A stretch of 64,000 nt of DNA from Escherichia phage teqdroes. The stretch's first letter is position 1. Each line of letters opens with the position of its first letter. Both the position numbers and the translations under genes were made by a program. The stretch lies in sequence record NC_054932.1. One strand, written 5' to 3'. The notes below the pieces were generated by a model. The model saw nothing but the letters and a program-made list of their open reading frames with translations, had not been told where the DNA came from and did no database searches. Positions 1-10,537 of the stretch are shown here, piece by piece.

Positions 1-1395
1 AAGAATAAAGATAATGAATTGCTTAAACGAGTATATCGTCTGACTTATTCTCGTGGGTTGCAGTATTATATCAAGAAATGGCCTAAATCTGGTATTGCTA
101 CCCAGAGTTTTGGAATGTTGACTCTTACCGATATGCTTGACTTCATTGAATTCACGTTAGCTACTCGGAAATTGACTGGAAATGCGGCAATTGAGGAATT
201 AACTGGATATATCACTGATGGTAAAAAAGATGATGTTGAAGTTTTGCGTCGAGTGATGATGCGAGACCTTGAATGTGGTGCTTCAGTATCTATTGCAAAC
301 AAAGTTTGGCCAGGTTTAATTCCTGAACAACCTCAAATGCTCGCAAGTTCTTATGATGAAAAAGGCATTAGTAAGAATATCAAATTTCCAGCCTTTGCAC
401 AATTAAAAGCAGATGGAGCTCGGTGTTTTGCTGAAGTTAGAGGTGATGAATTAGATGATGTCCGTCTTTTATCACGAGCTGGTAATGAATATCTAGGATT
501 AGATCTTCTTAAGGAAGAGTTAATCAAAATGACCGCTGAAGCCCGCCAGATTCATCCAGAAGGTGTGTTAATTGATGGCGAATTGGTATACCATGAGCAA
601 GTTAAAAAGGAGCCAGAAGGCCTAGATTTTCTTTTTGATGCTTATCCTGAAATTAGTAAAGCTAAAGAGTTTGCTGAAGTAGCTGAATCACGTACTACTT
701 CTAATGGAATCGCTAATAAATCTTTAAAGGGAACTATTTCAGAAAAAGAAGCTCAATGCATGAAGTTTCAGGTCTGGGATTATGTTCCGTTGGTAGAAAT
801 ATACGGTCTTCCAGCATTTCGTTTAAAATATGATGTACGTTTTTCTAAATTAGAACAAATGACATCAGGATATGATAAAGTAATTTTAATTGAAAACCAA
901 GTAGTAAATAACCTAGATGAAGCTAAGGTAATTTATAAAAAGTATATTGACCAAGGTCTTGAAGGTATTATTCTCAAAAATATCGATGGATTATGGGAAA
1001 ATGCTCGTTCAAAAAATCTCTATAAATTTAAAGAAGTAATTGATGTTGATTTAAAAATTGTAGGAATTTATCCTCACCGTAAAGACCCTACTAAAGCAGG
1101 TGGATTTATTCTTGAGTCAGAGTGTGGAAAAATTAAGGTAAATGCCGGTTCAGGCTTAAAAGATAAAGCCGGCGTAAAATCACATGAACTTGACCGTACT
1201 CGCATTATGGAAAACCAAAATTATTATATTGGAAAAATTCTAGAGTGCGAATGCAACGGTTGGTTAAAATCCGATGGCCGCACTGATTACGTTAAATTAT
1301 TTCTTCCGATTGCGATTCGTTTACGTGAAGATAAAACTAAAGCTAATACATTCGAAGATGTATTTGGTGATTTTCATGAGGTAACTGGTCTATGA
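1..1395 (+). CDS. 30: ATP-dependent DNA ligase, N-terminus cut by window edge
   Basis: Frame 1 reads KNKDNELLKRVYRL from base 1 with no start codon, so the gene begins upstream; adenylation-site motif KADGAR; sequence colinear with T4 gp30 as I recall it. Confidence 0.9.
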   Translation, partial: KNKDNELLKRVYRLTYSRGLQYYIKKWPKSGIATQSFGMLTLTDMLDFIEFTLATRKLTGNAAIEELTGYITDGKKDDVEVLRRVMMRDLECGASVSIANKVWPGLIPEQPQMLASSYDEKGISKNIKFPAFAQLKADGARCFAEVRGDELDDVRLLSRAGNEYLGLDLLKEELIKMTAEARQIHPEGVLIDGELVYHEQVKKEPEGLDFLFDAYPEISKAKEFAEVAESRTTSNGIANKSLKGTISEKEAQCMKFQVWDYVPLVEIYGLPAFRLKYDVRFSKLEQMTSGYDKVILIENQVVNNLDEAKVIYKKYIDQGLEGIILKNIDGLWENARSKNLYKFKEVIDVDLKIVGIYPHRKDPTKAGGFILESECGKIKVNAGSGLKDKAGVKSHELDRTRIMENQNYYIGKILECECNGWLKSDGRTDYVKLFLPIAIRLREDKTKANTFEDVFGDFHEVTGL

Positions 1396-1580
1396 AAGCT
1401 TACTTAGAAACAATTGTCGTGGCTCAAAAAGAAGGTGGAGATGTTTCTACTTCTGTATCACAAATCATGATTGAATTTATAGATGCATATGCTTATAATA
1501 AATTCACAGAAACTTTTGATGCTTATGAAAAAGGTCCAAAGTTTGAAATATATCGTACTCTCTTACCAATAGATTATTAA
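1392..1580 (+). CDS. hypothetical small protein (62 aa)
   Basis: ORF start overlaps ligase stop in an ATGA junction; followed by UUCG hairpin. Confidence 0.5.
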   Translation: MKAYLETIVVAQKEGGDVSTSVSQIMIEFIDAYAYNKFTETFDAYEKGPKFEIYRTLLPIDY

Positions 1581-1596
1581 AGGCCTTCGGGCCTTT
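1579..1596 (+). terminator. UUCG-tetraloop hairpin
   Basis: AAAGGCC-TTCG-GGCCTTT followed by A/T-rich run. Confidence 0.45.
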
Positions 1597-1601
1597 AATT
1601 T

Positions 1602-1609
1602 TATAAATA
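1602..1609 (+). promoter_or_regulatory. T4-type late promoter (TATAAATA) upstream of alt copy 1
   Basis: Exact TATAAATA about 20 nt upstream of ATG. Confidence 0.5.
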
Positions 1610-1629
1610 GAATAAACACTAGAGAGGCT

Positions 1630-3726
1630 ATGATGGAACTTATTACAGAATTATTTGACGAAGATACTACTCTTCCGATTACAAACTTAAATCCAAAGAA
1701 GAAAATACCGCAAATTTTTTCAGTTCGTGTTGATGATGCAATTGAACAACCAGGCTTTCGTTTATGCACCTATACATCTGGAGGTGATACTAATCGCGAT
1801 TTAAAGATGGGCGATAAAATGATGCATATTGTTCCTTTTACATTAACTGCCAAAGGTTCAATTGCTAAATTAAAAGGTCTCGGTCCAAGCCCAATTAATT
1901 ATATCAATTCAGTTTTTACTGTTGCAATGCAAACAATGCGTCAGTATAAAATTGATGCTTGTATGCTTCGTATTCTTAAGTCTAAAACCGCTGGTCAAGC
2001 TCGACAAATTCAAGTTATTGCTGATAGACTTATCCGTAGTCGTTCAGGTGGCAGATACGTCCTTCTTAAGGAACTCTGGGATTATGATAAAAAGTATGCA
2101 TATATTCTTATACATCGCAAAAATGTATCACTAGAAGACATTCCAGGAGTTCCGGAAATTAGTACCGAGCTCTTTACTAAAGTTGAATCGAAAGTCGGCG
2201 ATGTTTATATCAATAAAGATACTGGAGCTCAAGTAACTAAAAATGAGGCAATTGCAGCATCTATTGCACAAGAAAATGATAAACGTTCTGACCAAGCTGT
2301 AATCGTTAAAGTTAAAATTTCCCGTAGAGCAATTGCGCAAAGTCAATCATTGGAATCTTCTAGATTTGAAAGTGAATTATTCCAGAAGTATGAATCTACC
2401 GCAGCTAATTTCAATAAACCTGCTACCGCTCCTTTAATTCCCGAAGCAGAAGAAATGAAACTTGGAATTAATTCATTAGCTTCTAAAACTAAGGCAGCAA
2501 AAATTATTGCCGAAGGAACCGCAGATGAACTTCATTATGACTATAAATTCTTTTCAAAAAGTGAGGTTAATGAAGTTTCTGAAAAAATTAAAGATGTAAT
2601 TCTTAATGCGATTAAAAATGAACCGACTACTTCAATAAAATGTTTAGAGAAATACGCAGCAGCTGTTAATCAATTATTTGAAGAATATAAAGATAATTGG
2701 CTTGATAAACATAATAAAACCCGTAAAGGACAGCCAGATGAAGTCTGGGAAGAAATGACTAAAAATTCCTGGAACGCAGCAAAAACTAAATTCCTCAAAA
2801 GAATGATTTACAGCTTTTCTGGAATTGGTGCAGGTCCAATGATTGATATTACTATTGCCCGTGATGGTTCTAAATATACTCCATCACAAAAGCGCGGCAT
2901 TAGAGAGTATTGTGGTTCAGGATATACTGACATCAATAATCTTCTTTTGGGTCGTTACAATCCAGAACGATATGATGTAATGAGTGAAAAAGAAATTGAA
3001 TCTGCTATAAATAACTTAGATTCAGCTTTTGAAAACGGTGACCGTATACCAGAAGGCATTACAGTTTATCGTGCTCAAAGCATGACTGCTCCTATATACG
3101 AAGCACTAGTTAAAAATAAAGTGTTCTATTTCAGAAATTTTGTATCTACTTCTTTAACTCCTATCATTTTTGGACGTTTTGGAATTACGCATACTGGTAT
3201 TGGTCTTTTAGAACCAGAAGCTCGTAATGAATTGACAGTTGATAAAAATGAAGAAGGAATAACTATTAATCCAAGCGAAATAAGAGCGTATAAAGAAAAT
3301 CCTGAATACGTTAAAGTTCAAATAGGATGGGCAATTGATGGAGCTCATAAAGTTAATGTTGTATATCCAGGAAGTCTCGGAATAGCAACAGAAGCTGAAG
3401 TTATTCTACCGCGCGGATTGATGGTCAAAGTTAATAAAATAACTGATGCTTCTAATAATGACGGAACAACATCTAATAATACAAAACTCATTCAAGCTGA
3501 AGTTATGACCACAGAAGAACTCACCGAATCAGTAATCTATGACGGAGACCATTTAATGGAAACTGGTGAATTGGTTACAATGACAGGTGATATTGAAATA
3601 GAAGACAGAGTTGACTTTGCATCATTTGTTTCATCAAATGTTAAACAAAAAGTAGAATCATCTCTTGGAATTATTGCGTCTTGCATAGATATTGCAAACA
3701 TGCCTTACAAGTTCGTTCAAGGATAA
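1630..3726 (+). CDS. alt: Alt-type mono-ADP-ribosyltransferase, copy 1
   Basis: 698-aa ORF; N-terminus MELITELFDE; R-S-E ART motifs (YRAQ, NFVSTSL, EAEVILPRG); position next to gene 30 as in T4. Confidence 0.8.
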   Translation: MMELITELFDEDTTLPITNLNPKKKIPQIFSVRVDDAIEQPGFRLCTYTSGGDTNRDLKMGDKMMHIVPFTLTAKGSIAKLKGLGPSPINYINSVFTVAMQTMRQYKIDACMLRILKSKTAGQARQIQVIADRLIRSRSGGRYVLLKELWDYDKKYAYILIHRKNVSLEDIPGVPEISTELFTKVESKVGDVYINKDTGAQVTKNEAIAASIAQENDKRSDQAVIVKVKISRRAIAQSQSLESSRFESELFQKYESTAANFNKPATAPLIPEAEEMKLGINSLASKTKAAKIIAEGTADELHYDYKFFSKSEVNEVSEKIKDVILNAIKNEPTTSIKCLEKYAAAVNQLFEEYKDNWLDKHNKTRKGQPDEVWEEMTKNSWNAAKTKFLKRMIYSFSGIGAGPMIDITIARDGSKYTPSQKRGIREYCGSGYTDINNLLLGRYNPERYDVMSEKEIESAINNLDSAFENGDRIPEGITVYRAQSMTAPIYEALVKNKVFYFRNFVSTSLTPIIFGRFGITHTGIGLLEPEARNELTVDKNEEGITINPSEIRAYKENPEYVKVQIGWAIDGAHKVNVVYPGSLGIATEAEVILPRGLMVKVNKITDASNNDGTTSNNTKLIQAEVMTTEELTESVIYDGDHLMETGELVTMTGDIEIEDRVDFASFVSSNVKQKVESSLGIIASCIDIANMPYKFVQG

Positions 3727-3729
3727 ATC

Positions 3730-5787
3730 ATGGAACTTATTACAGAATTATTTGACGGCGCTTCGGCGCCGGTTGTTAACTTAAATCCTAAGCATAAAAT
3801 ACCTCAAATTTTTGCTATTCAAGCCGGCGAAGAAAGTGTGCTTCCTGGATTTAGATTTTGTACATACACCTCTGGCGGTGATACAAATAAAAACGTTAAG
3901 CCGGGCGATAAAATGATGCATATCGTAATGATAGGTGTCAACGAGAAATTATCGCTGGTTAAGCTTAGAAACTTGGGTGGAAATCCAATTGGCGTCATTA
4001 ATGCTGTTTTTGATACTGCTCTTCAAACAATGAAACAGTATAAAATCGACGCATGCCTATTCCGCGTACTAAAGAGTAAAACAAATGGCGCAGCTCGTCA
4101 AATGCAAGTTATTGCTGACCGTTTAGTACGTACTAAAGGAGCAGGTCGATATGTTCTCTTAAAGGAAATCTGGGACTATGATAAGAAATATGCATATATT
4201 ATGGTTTACCGTAAAAATGCCAATTTAGAAGACATTCCAGGTGTACCTCCTATTTCAACTGAGTTATTCACAAAAGTTGAATCAAAGGTTGGTGATGTTT
4301 ATGTAGACGTTAAAACAGGTAATGCTGTTCCTAAAGCTGTTGCTGTTGCTGCTTCTATTGCTTTAGAAAATGATAAGCGCACGGATCAAGCTGTTATTCA
4401 GAAAACTAAAATTAGTCGTCGATTAGCAGCACAAGCTCAATATTCTACTGTTGATGCTTCACTTCAGGGTGATAGCTTCGCCGCTAAGAAATATCAAGAG
4501 TTTGAATCTAAAGTTCCGGTATATAAAGCAGAAGGACCAATGAACTCCGGGGTTATCCAGATTGGTTCAAACTTCGGCAAAGGAGCTATCGGTGGTATGA
4601 GAAGTGCTTCTCGTTTTAAATCTAGTGATTATGAACTAGAAAGCTTCCGAAATCATATTGCATTAGCCCATGCACGTTTACGTGATCCATCTATCAAGTT
4701 GCAGAGCGATATAACATATCAAGGTTCTCAAGAATATTTAAAGAATAAAGAATTCTTTGATTATAAAACTGATAAAATTTTAAGCGATCTTGCTGACATT
4801 AATATTTCTAATAGCTTTGATGTTATTAAGAAAATTATTAATGATTTAGTTAAAGGTTCTAAAGCTACGCCAGATGAAAAGACAGCTATTATTCAATTTG
4901 TCATGAATGGCATTTATAAATTGATTAATGAATCTGCTGCCCAGGCATATGAATACGCAAGCACCGAAGTAACTCCAAAAGGATTAACCCAAGCTGAATC
5001 TGATGTAATTGAAGATTATTGTGCAGATTCATATGTTGAAATGAACTCGTTCCTTTTGGGTAAACCAGATTCTACCCGTGAAGAATATATGGAACGAGCT
5101 ATTAAGCACATCGAGACGTTGGATTCTGCCTTTGCCAAAGGATCAGTTCTTCCTCCAGGAACTACACTTTACCGTGGACAAGAAGTTACCTTTAAAACTT
5201 TGCGTCATAACATTGAAAACAAAATGTTCTATTTCAAGAACTTCGTATCGACATCACTTAAACCAAATATCTTCGGTGAGCATGGTAAAAACTATATGGC
5301 TCTAGATGATTCCGGCGCAGTATTTTCTGGCGAAGGAGAAGGTTCCGTTGATGCAGAAGATTTAATGCATATGGGTAGTCATTCTACATATGCCATTGAA
5401 GATGCTGAAACTAGCGTGGGTATGGTAATTAAAGGAGCTGAGCGAATCAAAGTTATCGTTCCAGGTCATTTATCAGGATTTCCATCAGAAGCTGAAGTTA
5501 TTCTACCGCGTGGAATTTTACTGAAGATTAATAAAGTAAGTACGTACTTTATGAAAGAAACTGCTTATAACAAGTATCTAATCGAAGGTACAATCGTTCC
5601 TCCTTCTGAACAATTAGAAGAATCAGTATATGATGGCGACCATTTAATGGAAACTGGTGAAGTTCGTCCAATGGCTGGATTTAATCAATTCCTTGTAGAA
5701 GAATCAAAAGAAGAGGAAAACGAAGTTTCTCAAATCTTGGCTTCTTTGGTTAACATCAACGGAATGTCTAAAAAGTTCAAGATGTAG
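3730..5787 (+). CDS. Alt-type mono-ADP-ribosyltransferase, copy 2 (paralog)
   Basis: 685-aa ORF 3 nt after copy 1; same N-terminal 240 aa and same ART motifs (YRGQ, NFVSTSL, EAEVILPRG), divergent centre. Confidence 0.75.
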   Translation: MELITELFDGASAPVVNLNPKHKIPQIFAIQAGEESVLPGFRFCTYTSGGDTNKNVKPGDKMMHIVMIGVNEKLSLVKLRNLGGNPIGVINAVFDTALQTMKQYKIDACLFRVLKSKTNGAARQMQVIADRLVRTKGAGRYVLLKEIWDYDKKYAYIMVYRKNANLEDIPGVPPISTELFTKVESKVGDVYVDVKTGNAVPKAVAVAASIALENDKRTDQAVIQKTKISRRLAAQAQYSTVDASLQGDSFAAKKYQEFESKVPVYKAEGPMNSGVIQIGSNFGKGAIGGMRSASRFKSSDYELESFRNHIALAHARLRDPSIKLQSDITYQGSQEYLKNKEFFDYKTDKILSDLADINISNSFDVIKKIINDLVKGSKATPDEKTAIIQFVMNGIYKLINESAAQAYEYASTEVTPKGLTQAESDVIEDYCADSYVEMNSFLLGKPDSTREEYMERAIKHIETLDSAFAKGSVLPPGTTLYRGQEVTFKTLRHNIENKMFYFKNFVSTSLKPNIFGEHGKNYMALDDSGAVFSGEGEGSVDAEDLMHMGSHSTYAIEDAETSVGMVIKGAERIKVIVPGHLSGFPSEAEVILPRGILLKINKVSTYFMKETAYNKYLIEGTIVPPSEQLEESVYDGDHLMETGEVRPMAGFNQFLVEESKEEENEVSQILASLVNINGMSKKFKM

Positions 5788-5816
5788 TTTACAAGTCCCT
5801 CGTGTTGTGTTATAGT
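5788..5816 (+). promoter_or_regulatory. T4 early promoter (GTTTAC, 17 bp, TATAGT)
   Basis: -35 GTTTAC at 5788, -10 at 5811. Confidence 0.5.
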
Positions 5817-5847
5817 AGTCTTACTGACATAACATGAGGAACACAAA

Positions 5848-6138
5848 ATGAAATCTTCTTTGCGCTTTTTAGGTCAAGAACTTGTAGTTGAAGGCGTTAT
5901 TCCTGCTGATAATGCTTTTAATGAAGCAGTTTATGATGAATTTATCAAAATTTTTGGAACAGATAAAAAGTTCGGAATTTTTCCTTCTGAAAATTTTTCA
6001 AAGCCAGAACAAACTGAAAGTATTTTCCAAGGTGTAGTAACAGGTAAATTCGAGTCAGAAGCTCCGGTAAAAATTGAAGTTTATATTGAAGACAGTTTAG
6101 TTGCTTCAGTTTCTGCTTTCATTTCATTCCGTAAATAA
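5848..6138 (+). CDS. hypothetical protein (96 aa)
   Basis: ORF preceded by early-promoter-like GTTTAC/TATAGT and RBS, followed by GNRA hairpin. Confidence 0.5.
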   Translation: MKSSLRFLGQELVVEGVIPADNAFNEAVYDEFIKIFGTDKKFGIFPSENFSKPEQTESIFQGVVTGKFESEAPVKIEVYIEDSLVASVSAFISFRK

Positions 6139-6144
6139 AAATAT

Positions 6145-6162
6145 GGGGACCGAAAGGTCCCC
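6145..6162. terminator. bidirectional hairpin terminator between convergent 96-aa ORF and gene 54
   Basis: GGGGACC-GAAA-GGTCCCC. Confidence 0.6.
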
Positions 6163-6166
6163 ATTG

Positions 6167-7132
6167 TTATATTGCTCCTAATATTTTACTCTGCGAATTA
6201 ACAATTCCTGTCATAGTATTAATGTTTGAAATGCTTCCAGCAGTCCCTCCTAATCTACTAAGTCGTGAAAGCGAATTAGATAGCCCAGTAACACCTCCAC
6301 TATTTCCGAGAACGCTTTGAATACCATTTATAGCAGCAGATTCAAGCCATTCAAGCGCAGCTTGCCTATCAACTGCTCCAGCCTGCATCACTCTGTACGC
6401 AAAAGTAACATCAAATGTAGTTATTTGGTTATCTCCATCATATGATAACTCAGGAGCGCTCACTGATATTGGAATGCATCCTGTGAACATCACCGCAGTA
6501 TGAGGTAATCCATTGCGAGAATGAAGATTAACCTGAATATCTGCCTCGACATCTTGTGGCAAAGCGCGTAATCCAGTTACTGGGTCTTGAACAGCGTTAA
6601 CCCAGTCTTGCATTGCACGATAGTTACATGCTTCTGAATCCATTCTAAATGAAATAACCAAAGGGTCTAATTCTCTCCCAGTTATACGAATATTAGGAGA
6701 ATTATAGTTCCAGTCAGTTTCATAGGATAATCTATTCTCTGGCATTTTTACTGAATATATCATCAATCCAGATGAGTTATATGCCATATTAAAGAAGTCA
6801 ATTAAATATGTACCAACTGTAAATGAGCCTAATAAACTTTGAACTGTACGTTGACTCATGGCACCAATAAGATATTTACTAACCCCTGATTTTCTTATCA
6901 GTTTTTGTGTGCCAGCAGTAATTAGCGTGGTAATTCCCTGATTAATATCACCTTGAGTCAATCCTAACCAATCTGAATTTAGGCCCAAGTTATTATAAGA
7001 AAAGTTGCTAATTGAACTTATCAACGAAGAGCTTTTAGTTGATGGAGTTGTCGCAAAAACGCAGCTAAACATATTATTACGTTGGAAATCTGCGTTTATT
7101 GCTTGATTATTAAATTCCTCTAAAGAATACAT
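6167..7132 (-). CDS. 54: baseplate tail-tube initiator
   Basis: 321-aa ORF; position and length match T4 gp54. Confidence 0.85.
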   Translation of the reverse strand: MYSLEEFNNQAINADFQRNNMFSCVFATTPSTKSSSLISSISNFSYNNLGLNSDWLGLTQGDINQGITTLITAGTQKLIRKSGVSKYLIGAMSQRTVQSLLGSFTVGTYLIDFFNMAYNSSGLMIYSVKMPENRLSYETDWNYNSPNIRITGRELDPLVISFRMDSEACNYRAMQDWVNAVQDPVTGLRALPQDVEADIQVNLHSRNGLPHTAVMFTGCIPISVSAPELSYDGDNQITTFDVTFAYRVMQAGAVDRQAALEWLESAAINGIQSVLGNSGGVTGLSNSLSRLSRLGGTAGSISNINTMTGIVNSQSKILGAI

Positions 7133-8226
7133 TAAAAAGTCCCCGCATATAAAGAAGCACGGTTTAACGTGATAATTTCTCTCATAGTAATCTCAAGAGT
7201 AAATGTACTAGGGAGGTTTGGAGCAATAGCTAATCCGTTAAAGTTACCATTAGGTGTTTTATCAAATCTGATACTCTGGATTTGACATGGACCGAATATT
7301 TCCGTTTTTCCATCAAACTTAGATGTTGCACCAAAGTTTTTCACCATCCAAACTGTCGGGTTTGAAACTACTAGAACGTTAGTTAAACTCGATGTCATTT
7401 TCTCAAATAGTGTTTTATTTTTAGCTGCGTCTTCCGGAGATAAAGGTTCAATTAACGTAGAACGATACCAATCATCTAAATATCCCTTTATTTCAGCAGC
7501 ATATTGAGATTTACCCGTTTCACCATAAGAAAAATAGTTAAAATATTGATAGATATTAATAATAGCCATTAAATCTTCTGTTGAACGTGGAGTCAAATCC
7601 CATGTAAACACTTTAGTTCTATTTTCAGCACCACCATACATACTTCTGGCTGTCGTATAAATCTGTTCATTATTATCAGCCATTATACCTTGTGTTATAC
7701 TTTCCAGCGCCCCAAATACTGCGGTTGAAGCAATATTACTTAGCACACCAGTAGCAGTACCTCCGCCTCTACTGATGAGGCTTTCTTGAACATCATTAAA
7801 TCTATGTGATGATGTATCAACATCAGATTTAGATCTCGGTAAAAGAATATTTGCGATAGGAGATTTACTTATTGTTCCTGAATTATTATTTGATATTAAT
7901 CCATTTGATAGTTTTGATACTGTACTACTAATAGTGTTTCTAGCTGTACGTAAAATACTCGAAGATGAAGAAGAGTAGTTAGATCTCATCGATCTAAGAC
8001 TTCCAGAATCCCTAGATGACATATTGTATGCAGTAAATAATAATCCATTCTTATATAGATCTGTTACCTGGAAGTCCCCTGTAGTGTCATTACCACTAGC
8101 ACGCCCAGTTGGAAACTGGGCAGTGTATGTTTTAGTTCCTACTTCTGATTTAGTACTCTGTCCGGCTGAAATTTTCTCACCAGACTTTTTAATTAAATCA
8201 GCAGTTATTTCTTTAACAATTGCCAT
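7132..8226 (-). CDS. 48: baseplate tail-tube cap
   Basis: 364-aa ORF; length and order match T4 gp48. Confidence 0.85.
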   Translation of the reverse strand: MAIVKEITADLIKKSGEKISAGQSTKSEVGTKTYTAQFPTGRASGNDTTGDFQVTDLYKNGLLFTAYNMSSRDSGSLRSMRSNYSSSSSSILRTARNTISSTVSKLSNGLISNNNSGTISKSPIANILLPRSKSDVDTSSHRFNDVQESLISRGGGTATGVLSNIASTAVFGALESITQGIMADNNEQIYTTARSMYGGAENRTKVFTWDLTPRSTEDLMAIINIYQYFNYFSYGETGKSQYAAEIKGYLDDWYRSTLIEPLSPEDAAKNKTLFEKMTSSLTNVLVVSNPTVWMVKNFGATSKFDGKTEIFGPCQIQSIRFDKTPNGNFNGLAIAPNLPSTFTLEITMREIITLNRASLYAGTF

Positions 8227-8234
8227 ATTATTCC

Positions 8235-10007
8235 TTAATTAACTCCAGTCGCATCAAATACACCAGGAGCAGTCGTGCTCGTTACGGGTGTCATATTATG
8301 AACGACAGTATTTTTCTTAATAACATTATTAGTATTATTGATTGAAGGAGATGCTTGTTGAACAGGAGCTTGCTGTGCTTTGTTCTTTTCAATCACCTGG
8401 ACTTGTTTCGCTTCTGGTGATTTAGCAGAAGTTTCAGGTTTGGCATTAGGCTGATTTTTCTTGAGCTCTTGATAAGTAGCATCAATTTTAGAAAATCTAG
8501 CAGCAAGTTCTTTTTTAACTGCCGGTGAATTATTTAAATCCGGGTCATCCATCCGTTTTTTAAGGTCTTCATAGGCAGCTTCAACTGATTTAACCGTTGA
8601 GTCTTTACTCATATCAGCTGAATCAGCATATTTTTCAAAGCGAATCATTGCGGCACGGGCTTCATTAGCCTTCATTAAAGCATTTTTTCTTTCTTCAGGT
8701 GAAAGTTGCTTTAATTTTTCTTCTTCTGCCGCACGCTCTTCGTCGGTAGTTAGTGCTTCTTTATTATCAACCCCACGAATCCAATTAGATGCACGAGTTT
8801 TCCAATTAGCAATTTTATCTAATCCTTTTGCTATCGGACCAAGGTCTCCATTCATTCGTTTATCTTGATAATTTGCAACTTTTTCCTGGTCTTCTTTATT
8901 GAGAGATGCTCCAGTAGAATTTTGGAAATTTTCTAATGCTCTTCCTTCTACTTCATCAGCAGTATCCTTCATACCAGGAATGACTCGAAGAATTGCAGCA
9001 GATAATTTAGCCATACCTAATTGAATAAGTTCACCTAAATTAAAAAGAACACTTCCGAGTCCTTCAACAATAGCTGCTGTCAATCCACCCCAATCTCCCG
9101 CTTCCCAAAGTTGTTTAATTTTATCAATAGAATCAAAGATGCTCTGTAATAAAGGACCCCATGTTCCGGTTTCGCTAGAGAATTTAGTAAAGTCAGTATT
9201 AAATAAATCCCAGGCTTTTGAAAATTTATCTGACCAATATTTAAAATGAACCATCAGCAAGTCTATTCCAATAACAACAGCCAATATCATTGCAGTCATT
9301 TTAGCAGCTTCAATAGCAGCACTGATGGTGTACTTAAATAACATGCTTGATATTTTATCACTAATTGAAATGGATTTCTTAAATCCAAAATCAACTGTCT
9401 TTGTTAATTTATCTAAAGCTTGAGATAATTTTAAGTTAAATGCTTCTTTTTTCTGTTTTTCTTCTGGTGATTCTTGCTTTGGCTCAACTGGCTGAGGGGT
9501 AGGGAAAAAATCAGCGTCAGGATCATTATTAACTGCTTCGGGAGCCGGTAATAAAGGACCCACAGATTCAGCAGTATCATCCTCAACGACTTTAACAGGA
9601 ATAGCGCTTTCAACTGTAGCTAAACTAGTCCCAGTCTGTTGAATTCCAGCTGTCTGAATTTTTTGTTCTAATAAACTCGTTAATTTATCTAATTTGCTTC
9701 CGAGTGATTCACCGATTTCTTTATTAATATTGTTGCCAATTTCGACAGTTTCAGCAATTAACTCAGAACCGGCAGTAGTATCACTCACTGCGCTTTCTAC
9801 GTTACCAATTGCTCCAACTATTTCATTCGATTTTTCTTCGACAGTTTGAGCTATTAATTCAGAAGCAGCTTGAGTATCATCCAATTTCGTAGATATATCA
9901 TTAAGTCCAGATAAAGTGTTAGAAGCAGATTTAGCCGCTTCCTGTGTTGGTTTATTATCTGAAATAACTTTTCTACGCATCGTTTGCATTTCTTGTGGCT
10001 TTTTCAT
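8235..10007 (-). CDS. 29: baseplate hub subunit / tail length determinator
   Basis: 590-aa ORF; length and order match T4 gp29. Confidence 0.85.
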   Translation of the reverse strand: MKKPQEMQTMRRKVISDNKPTQEAAKSASNTLSGLNDISTKLDDTQAASELIAQTVEEKSNEIVGAIGNVESAVSDTTAGSELIAETVEIGNNINKEIGESLGSKLDKLTSLLEQKIQTAGIQQTGTSLATVESAIPVKVVEDDTAESVGPLLPAPEAVNNDPDADFFPTPQPVEPKQESPEEKQKKEAFNLKLSQALDKLTKTVDFGFKKSISISDKISSMLFKYTISAAIEAAKMTAMILAVVIGIDLLMVHFKYWSDKFSKAWDLFNTDFTKFSSETGTWGPLLQSIFDSIDKIKQLWEAGDWGGLTAAIVEGLGSVLFNLGELIQLGMAKLSAAILRVIPGMKDTADEVEGRALENFQNSTGASLNKEDQEKVANYQDKRMNGDLGPIAKGLDKIANWKTRASNWIRGVDNKEALTTDEERAAEEEKLKQLSPEERKNALMKANEARAAMIRFEKYADSADMSKDSTVKSVEAAYEDLKKRMDDPDLNNSPAVKKELAARFSKIDATYQELKKNQPNAKPETSAKSPEAKQVQVIEKNKAQQAPVQQASPSINNTNNVIKKNTVVHNMTPVTSTTAPGVFDATGVN

Positions 10008-10537
10008 TCAAATAATCCAATAATATTGCCAATTCCAGTTATTGGACCATTAGGGCCAGGAATTGCTAAAGTTGTAAAAATATCATTTGCCCATTTTAAA
10101 ACGAATGCTGGCATCTCAAGAAAATTAATTTCTTTAACTTCATCATTGACCTTAAGTAAGCATTTAGATAACATATCGCTCACCGTTAAAAATTGTTCAA
10201 ATTTTCCAGGAGGTCTAAAATAAAATGTATTTCCTTGGTATTGAAATTCCAATCTTTGGCATACATAGACATCATTAATGTCATAAGTATAGCCATCTAT
10301 TTCTTTACGAGATTTAATCTTTCCATTAAATTCCAATAAATGAATAGAAACGAAATCAACTTCTGCCGGTGATAAATTCGGACAAATAGAATCAATAAGA
10401 AGTTTTAAATTTTCATCAGGACCTTTAACATCCTTTAAAATGTTATAATGTTTAAGACCCATTTTAGGAATAGAAACTTCTTTATTGCTTATTGGAAGAA
10501 CTACTTTCTTCAGTGGTAGTATCAGATTTAAATTCAT
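10004..10537 (-). CDS. 28: baseplate hub distal subunit
   Basis: 177-aa ORF; length and order match T4 gp28; 5' end overlaps gene 27 so true start may be internal. Confidence 0.75.
   Translation of the reverse strand: MNLNLILPLKKVVLPISNKEVSIPKMGLKHYNILKDVKGPDENLKLLIDSICPNLSPAEVDFVSIHLLEFNGKIKSRKEIDGYTYDINDVYVCQRLEFQYQGNTFYFRPPGKFEQFLTVSDMLSKCLLKVNDEVKEINFLEMPAFVLKWANDIFTTLAIPGPNGPITGIGNIIGLFE

Noticed and set aside
1922-2346. Short ORFs (70-71 aa) on both strands inside alt copy 1
   Set aside because: Fully embedded in a long, well-supported coding frame; no start context.
8024-8242. 72-aa plus-strand ORF overlapping gene 48 start
   Set aside because: Antisense inside gene 48 with no promoter or RBS; shadow ORF.
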